NCBI RefSeq assembly: GCF_964188315.1
Contig: NC_135669.1
Location: 13,144,001 to 13,208,000, forward strand
Source: Podarcis muralis
Lineage: Eukaryota
DNA: 64,000 nucleotides
Direction: 5' to 3'
Made by a program: the position numbers and the translations under genes. Positions 60,291 through 64,000 of this stretch are shown one piece after another (the stretch's first letter is position 1; every line of letters starts with the position of its first letter). Under the pieces are notes generated by a model that saw nothing but the letters and a program-made list of their open reading frames with translations, was not told where the DNA came from and did no database searches.

Positions 60291-61379
60291 GCAAGCTGCA
60301 ACCATTTTGAGAAAATGGAAGGGCACGCTTGGTTTGCCTTCCACTTTGCCTCTGCATGGTTTTGTGGATAGAGCAAGTAAATTGGCCCCCACTCAATATC
60401 ACTTTGAAGGCAATGTACCTCTGCATACTTGTTGCTTGAGAACCAGGAGCTGTTGCAGCCGGGTTCTGCTTGTTGGCTCCCCCTAGACATCTGGTTGGCT
60501 GCTGTGAGAACAAGATCCTGGCGCAGATGGGCAATTCTTACATTCTTATACCTTGCCCAAAGTCTCCCCCAAAACCTGAAGCTGGCACTGCCTGCAAATG
60601 AAGGCAATGCTCATTTGAGAGTCGGTTCCGTCAACTCTGCAGCACTGACTTCCGAATAAACACGCCTAGGGACTGGGGGTTGCATTGCGTGTGTGTGTCA
60701 GCATGACAGCGGAGTAGGAAATGGCATGGAAACCAGAGGAGAGTAATTTTTATCCTGCAGAGACAGAGCCCTTTCCGGGGAATTGCATCACTGGCACTGT
60801 GGCACAGAGAAGTTTGTTCTGCAATTGCCTGCTACGTTGGTGGCCCAGGCATCAACAGGGTGAGTCAAGCCAACACCCCTCACCAAAACATTTCTTTTAC
60901 TTCTTGTTGAGCTCAGAAAGGAGATGCTCCCTCGGCCCAAGTTTCCCATGCGATCCTTTCTCCTGGCTCCTTTCCATTTGACCAAAATTCTTGACTAGTG
61001 AAAGCAGGCTGGGTTAGGAGGGAGGAAAGGAAGAAAGGATTATGTAGTAAACATGGCTTTTGGGAAAACAGTTTCCCCCACAAACTGTTCCCCTGGTCGC
61101 TCCCCACCACCACTTGACCAAAATCTCTGGGCAATTGAAAGATTGTTGGGGAAGAGGTTCAGAGAAAAATCAGCAGTGGGTGCAAGGGTTAAGCAGCCTT
61201 CACATATTCTGTCCTCCCTGCTGCTGCTTCGCACATTTTTAAATAAGCACTGGTTTGGGAATCCTGTGTTTACCCCACTAAACATTGTAGTTCTGCCCCT
61301 AGATAACTACAGTTTCCAGAATACCTTTCCAATTAGCCACAGTGCTGATGAAACCAGTTTCGAAAGGTATACTGCAGAG

Positions 61380-61860
61380 AGTTGCCCCATGACCACCGTG
61401 TTCAACATAAGCTTCGTTGGACTGGCCATGTTGTGTGGATGCCTGATGATTGTCTTCTAAAGCAACTCTCTATTTGGAACTTAAAAATGGCAAGTGTAAT
61501 GCTGGTGGTCAATAAAAGAGGTTTAAAGACTCTCTCAAGGCAAATCTAAAAATATATAGTGTAAGCACCAGCAACTGGGAAACTGGCTTGCATGCGCTCC
61601 AATTGGAGAACAGCCTTTGCCAATGGTGTCATAGACTTTGAAGATGCTCAAACTCAGGACAAAAGGGAGAAATGTGCTAAGAAGAAGGCACGCTTGGCAA
61701 ACCCTCACCGTGATCAACTCCTGCCCGGAAACCTATGGAAGGACATGTGGATCCAGAATTGGCCTCCACAGTCACTTATGGATTCCCTGTTAAAACCGTG
61801 TTCATGGAAGACAATCTTGGCTACAAGTGATTGATTGCCAAGGAAGGAGAAGAACACCAT
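61380..61860 (+). mobile_element. RTE-clade LINE 3' fragment
   Basis: LRWTGHVV...KRFKDSLKANL...NWRTA...GRTCGSRIGLHSH across frameshifts. Confidence 0.8.
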
Positions 61861-62878
61861 GAGGCTAGGCATGAAGGAGAACTTTATTTCAATTCAATTA
61901 CCCATTTCCTCACTTTCTGACACAGTACATGAACTGGAATGCACTCACCCTGTGCACTTCTCTGAATTTTGCAGTCCACTTCTCCAGCCAAGTACTGACT
62001 AAAAAAATGCATGCACCAGGATGAAGTATGTGTAGAAATGCATTATATTGTTTTAGGATTGGGGTTGGTTTGGATGAAGCCTGTGGGTCCCCATAAAGCG
62101 GGTGATTGAGTATCTGTGAGATGATACAGTGGTACATCGGTTTACAGACACTTCAGGTTACAGACTCCGCTAATCCAGAAATAGTACCTCGGGTTAAGAA
62201 CTTTGCTTCAGGATGAGAACAGAAATCACACAGCGGCGGCAGTGGGAGGCCCCTTTAGCTAAAGCGGTACCTCAGGTTAAGAACAGTTTCAGGTTAAGAA
62301 CGGACCTCTGGAACGAATTAAGTTCTTAACCCGAGGTACCACTGTAGTTTGTAGTAGAAGGGAACCACTGAACTGGTCTAACCAGTCTCTTTGTTCAGAT
62401 AGTGGCCCTAGCTCAGCCTTTAAGCATGACCAAGAATAGCCCCTGTTGCCATAGAGACAGCTGGAGGAAGATGTTATTTCAGGAAGGAACTCCTTTCCAT
62501 TGCTCTCACCTGGCTGGGTGTCACTAGGGATGGGGAAACAATTGGCCAAGGAGCTAGGCTTTGTGTTAGTCTTGTCTGTGGATGGAAAGACACAGAAATG
62601 CTTCTTGCTCTCTGTGGTGAACCAAAAGCTATGGCTTTGGGGTTCCCCTAGAAGCCTAATGATGAGCCTCGATCTGTTGGCGTGTTAATGCTGTGAGCCC
62701 TTCCATCTTATGTTGTATATATATGTAAATAAAACCATATACCCTAAAGACGCCACAGGCTGCATTGACCTTTATTCTAAGGAAACTAAACCCTGGGAAT
62801 GTTCTGGAACCCCACAAGTTTCTTACCACTCGGAGATTGGGCTGCCTGCAACAACATAGTGAAACTAACAGTCTAGTA

Positions 62879-63013
62879 CAGGCATCCCCAACCTGCGGCC
62901 CTCCAGATGTTTTGCCTACAACTCCCAGGATCCCTAGCTAACAGGACCAGTGGTCAGGGATGGTGGGAATTGTAGTCCAAAACATCTGGAGGGCCGAAGG
63001 TTGGGGATGCCTG
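62879..63013. mobile_element. Palindromic hAT MITE
   Basis: Near-perfect inverted repeat; GTCTAGTA/ATCTAGTA duplication. Confidence 0.85.
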
Positions 63014-63184
63014 ATCTAGTATATTAGGGGAAATTGCTTTGCAAAAATGCATATGCTAGGCAAAATTTTATTTTTAAAATGTGTATTTAATTGCACTAAA
63101 ATGCTGGTTAATTTTGATGAGGAGGTTTTGTGTTTAATGCAAATTGTAGTCAAAATGTGGAGAACTGACTCTGAAGTTGGGAAA

Positions 63185-63425
63185 AGGAAGAAGAAGAAGA
63201 AGAGTTTGGATTTGATATCCCGCCTTTCACTCCCTTTAAGGAGTCTCAAAGTGGCTAACATTCTCCTTTCCCTTCCTCCCCCACAACAAACACTCTGTGA
63301 GGTGAGTGGGGCTGAGAGACTTCAAAGAAGTGTGACTGGCCCAAGGTCACCCAGCAGCTGCATGTGGAGGAGCGGAGACGCGAACCCGGTTCCCCAGATT
63401 ACGAGACTACCGCTCTTAACCACAC
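63185..63425 (-). mobile_element. Squam/MIR-like tRNA-derived SINE
   Basis: CCCAAGGTCACCCAGC core, reversed B box (CGAACCC), (CTT)n tail. Confidence 0.5.
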
Positions 63426-64000
63426 TGGCTCTCAAATGAGAAACCGAAATGGACAGATTGGCCCATCCATCCCTACTTGAGGCTTGCATCACTGAGTCCC
63501 TGCACCCTCCCTCTGTTTGCTGGCATACTCTATCCTTTCCATGACTGGTCTGTGTCATATGTAGCTAATCAGCGGTGCTGCGGAGAAACAGGAATGATAA
63601 ACTGTTTTTATTAGTAGTATTTTAAAAAATTCAATCAAGTTAGTGGAGAACATTGGAAACAGCTGTAGGACTGAGTCTGGGAGCTTACTTGAAGTGGAAC
63701 TGGGGTGGCTAAGGCATCTTTGAGCCCTCATTGATGGAGTCACTTGTGTCGGGCAGCCTCACAAAGAGAGAGCCTGCACTTCCTCAACAGTACAGAGGAT
63801 GGCAGGACAATGTTCGGTTGATTTGAAACGTCCAGGAATTGTAGTAATGATCATTTTTCTTCTGGTCACAAGCTGGCACTAAACACATGCAGACACAGCC
63901 TTTTAAGCAGAAAAAAAAGCTCATGAAACAGAGGGCTTGGTTGCAAATCAGGAAGAGACCAAGTTGCAAAGGAAGGTCCTGGTTTGAATCTTGCCTCCAT

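Noticed and set aside
62050-62852. Possible additional solo LTR (AATAAA, ends ...GCAACA, X-box-like GTTGCCATAGAGAC)
   Set aside because: No matching 5' TG end or target duplication could be established.

Overview
Vertebrate genomic DNA from a squamate reptile, probably a lacertid lizard; this is inferred from the Sauria-type SINEs and L2 tails, not from a database. Four genes could be reconstructed exon by exon with GT-AG sites and consistent phases. They are RPUSD4 (minus, 7 coding exons, 365 aa), PUS3 (minus, 4 coding exons, 484 aa), HYLS1 (plus, single coding exon, 301 aa, antisense inside the first intron of PUS3) and DDX25/GRTH (plus, about 12 coding exons, about 495 aa; the three N-terminal exons are less certain). 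The roughly 10 kb between the PUS3 and DDX25 promoters is a stack of mobile elements. The most striking is a very young class I endogenous retrovirus (25431-31001, minus). Its two LTRs differ only by one G in a G-run, and it has a GTAC target duplication, an 18/18 tRNA-Gly(UCC) primer site and an intact 444-aa env. It has no recognisable pro/pol, and its gag is broken by a 146-bp insertion, frameshifts and loss of most of capsid. This looks like a non-autonomous element that kept only env. Beside it lies a Tc1 element with an intact DD34E transposase ORF and a deleted right terminus. The RPUSD4 CpG island also appears to be the HYLS1 promoter. The rest is introns filled with SINEs, MITEs, LINE fragments and a solo LTR.
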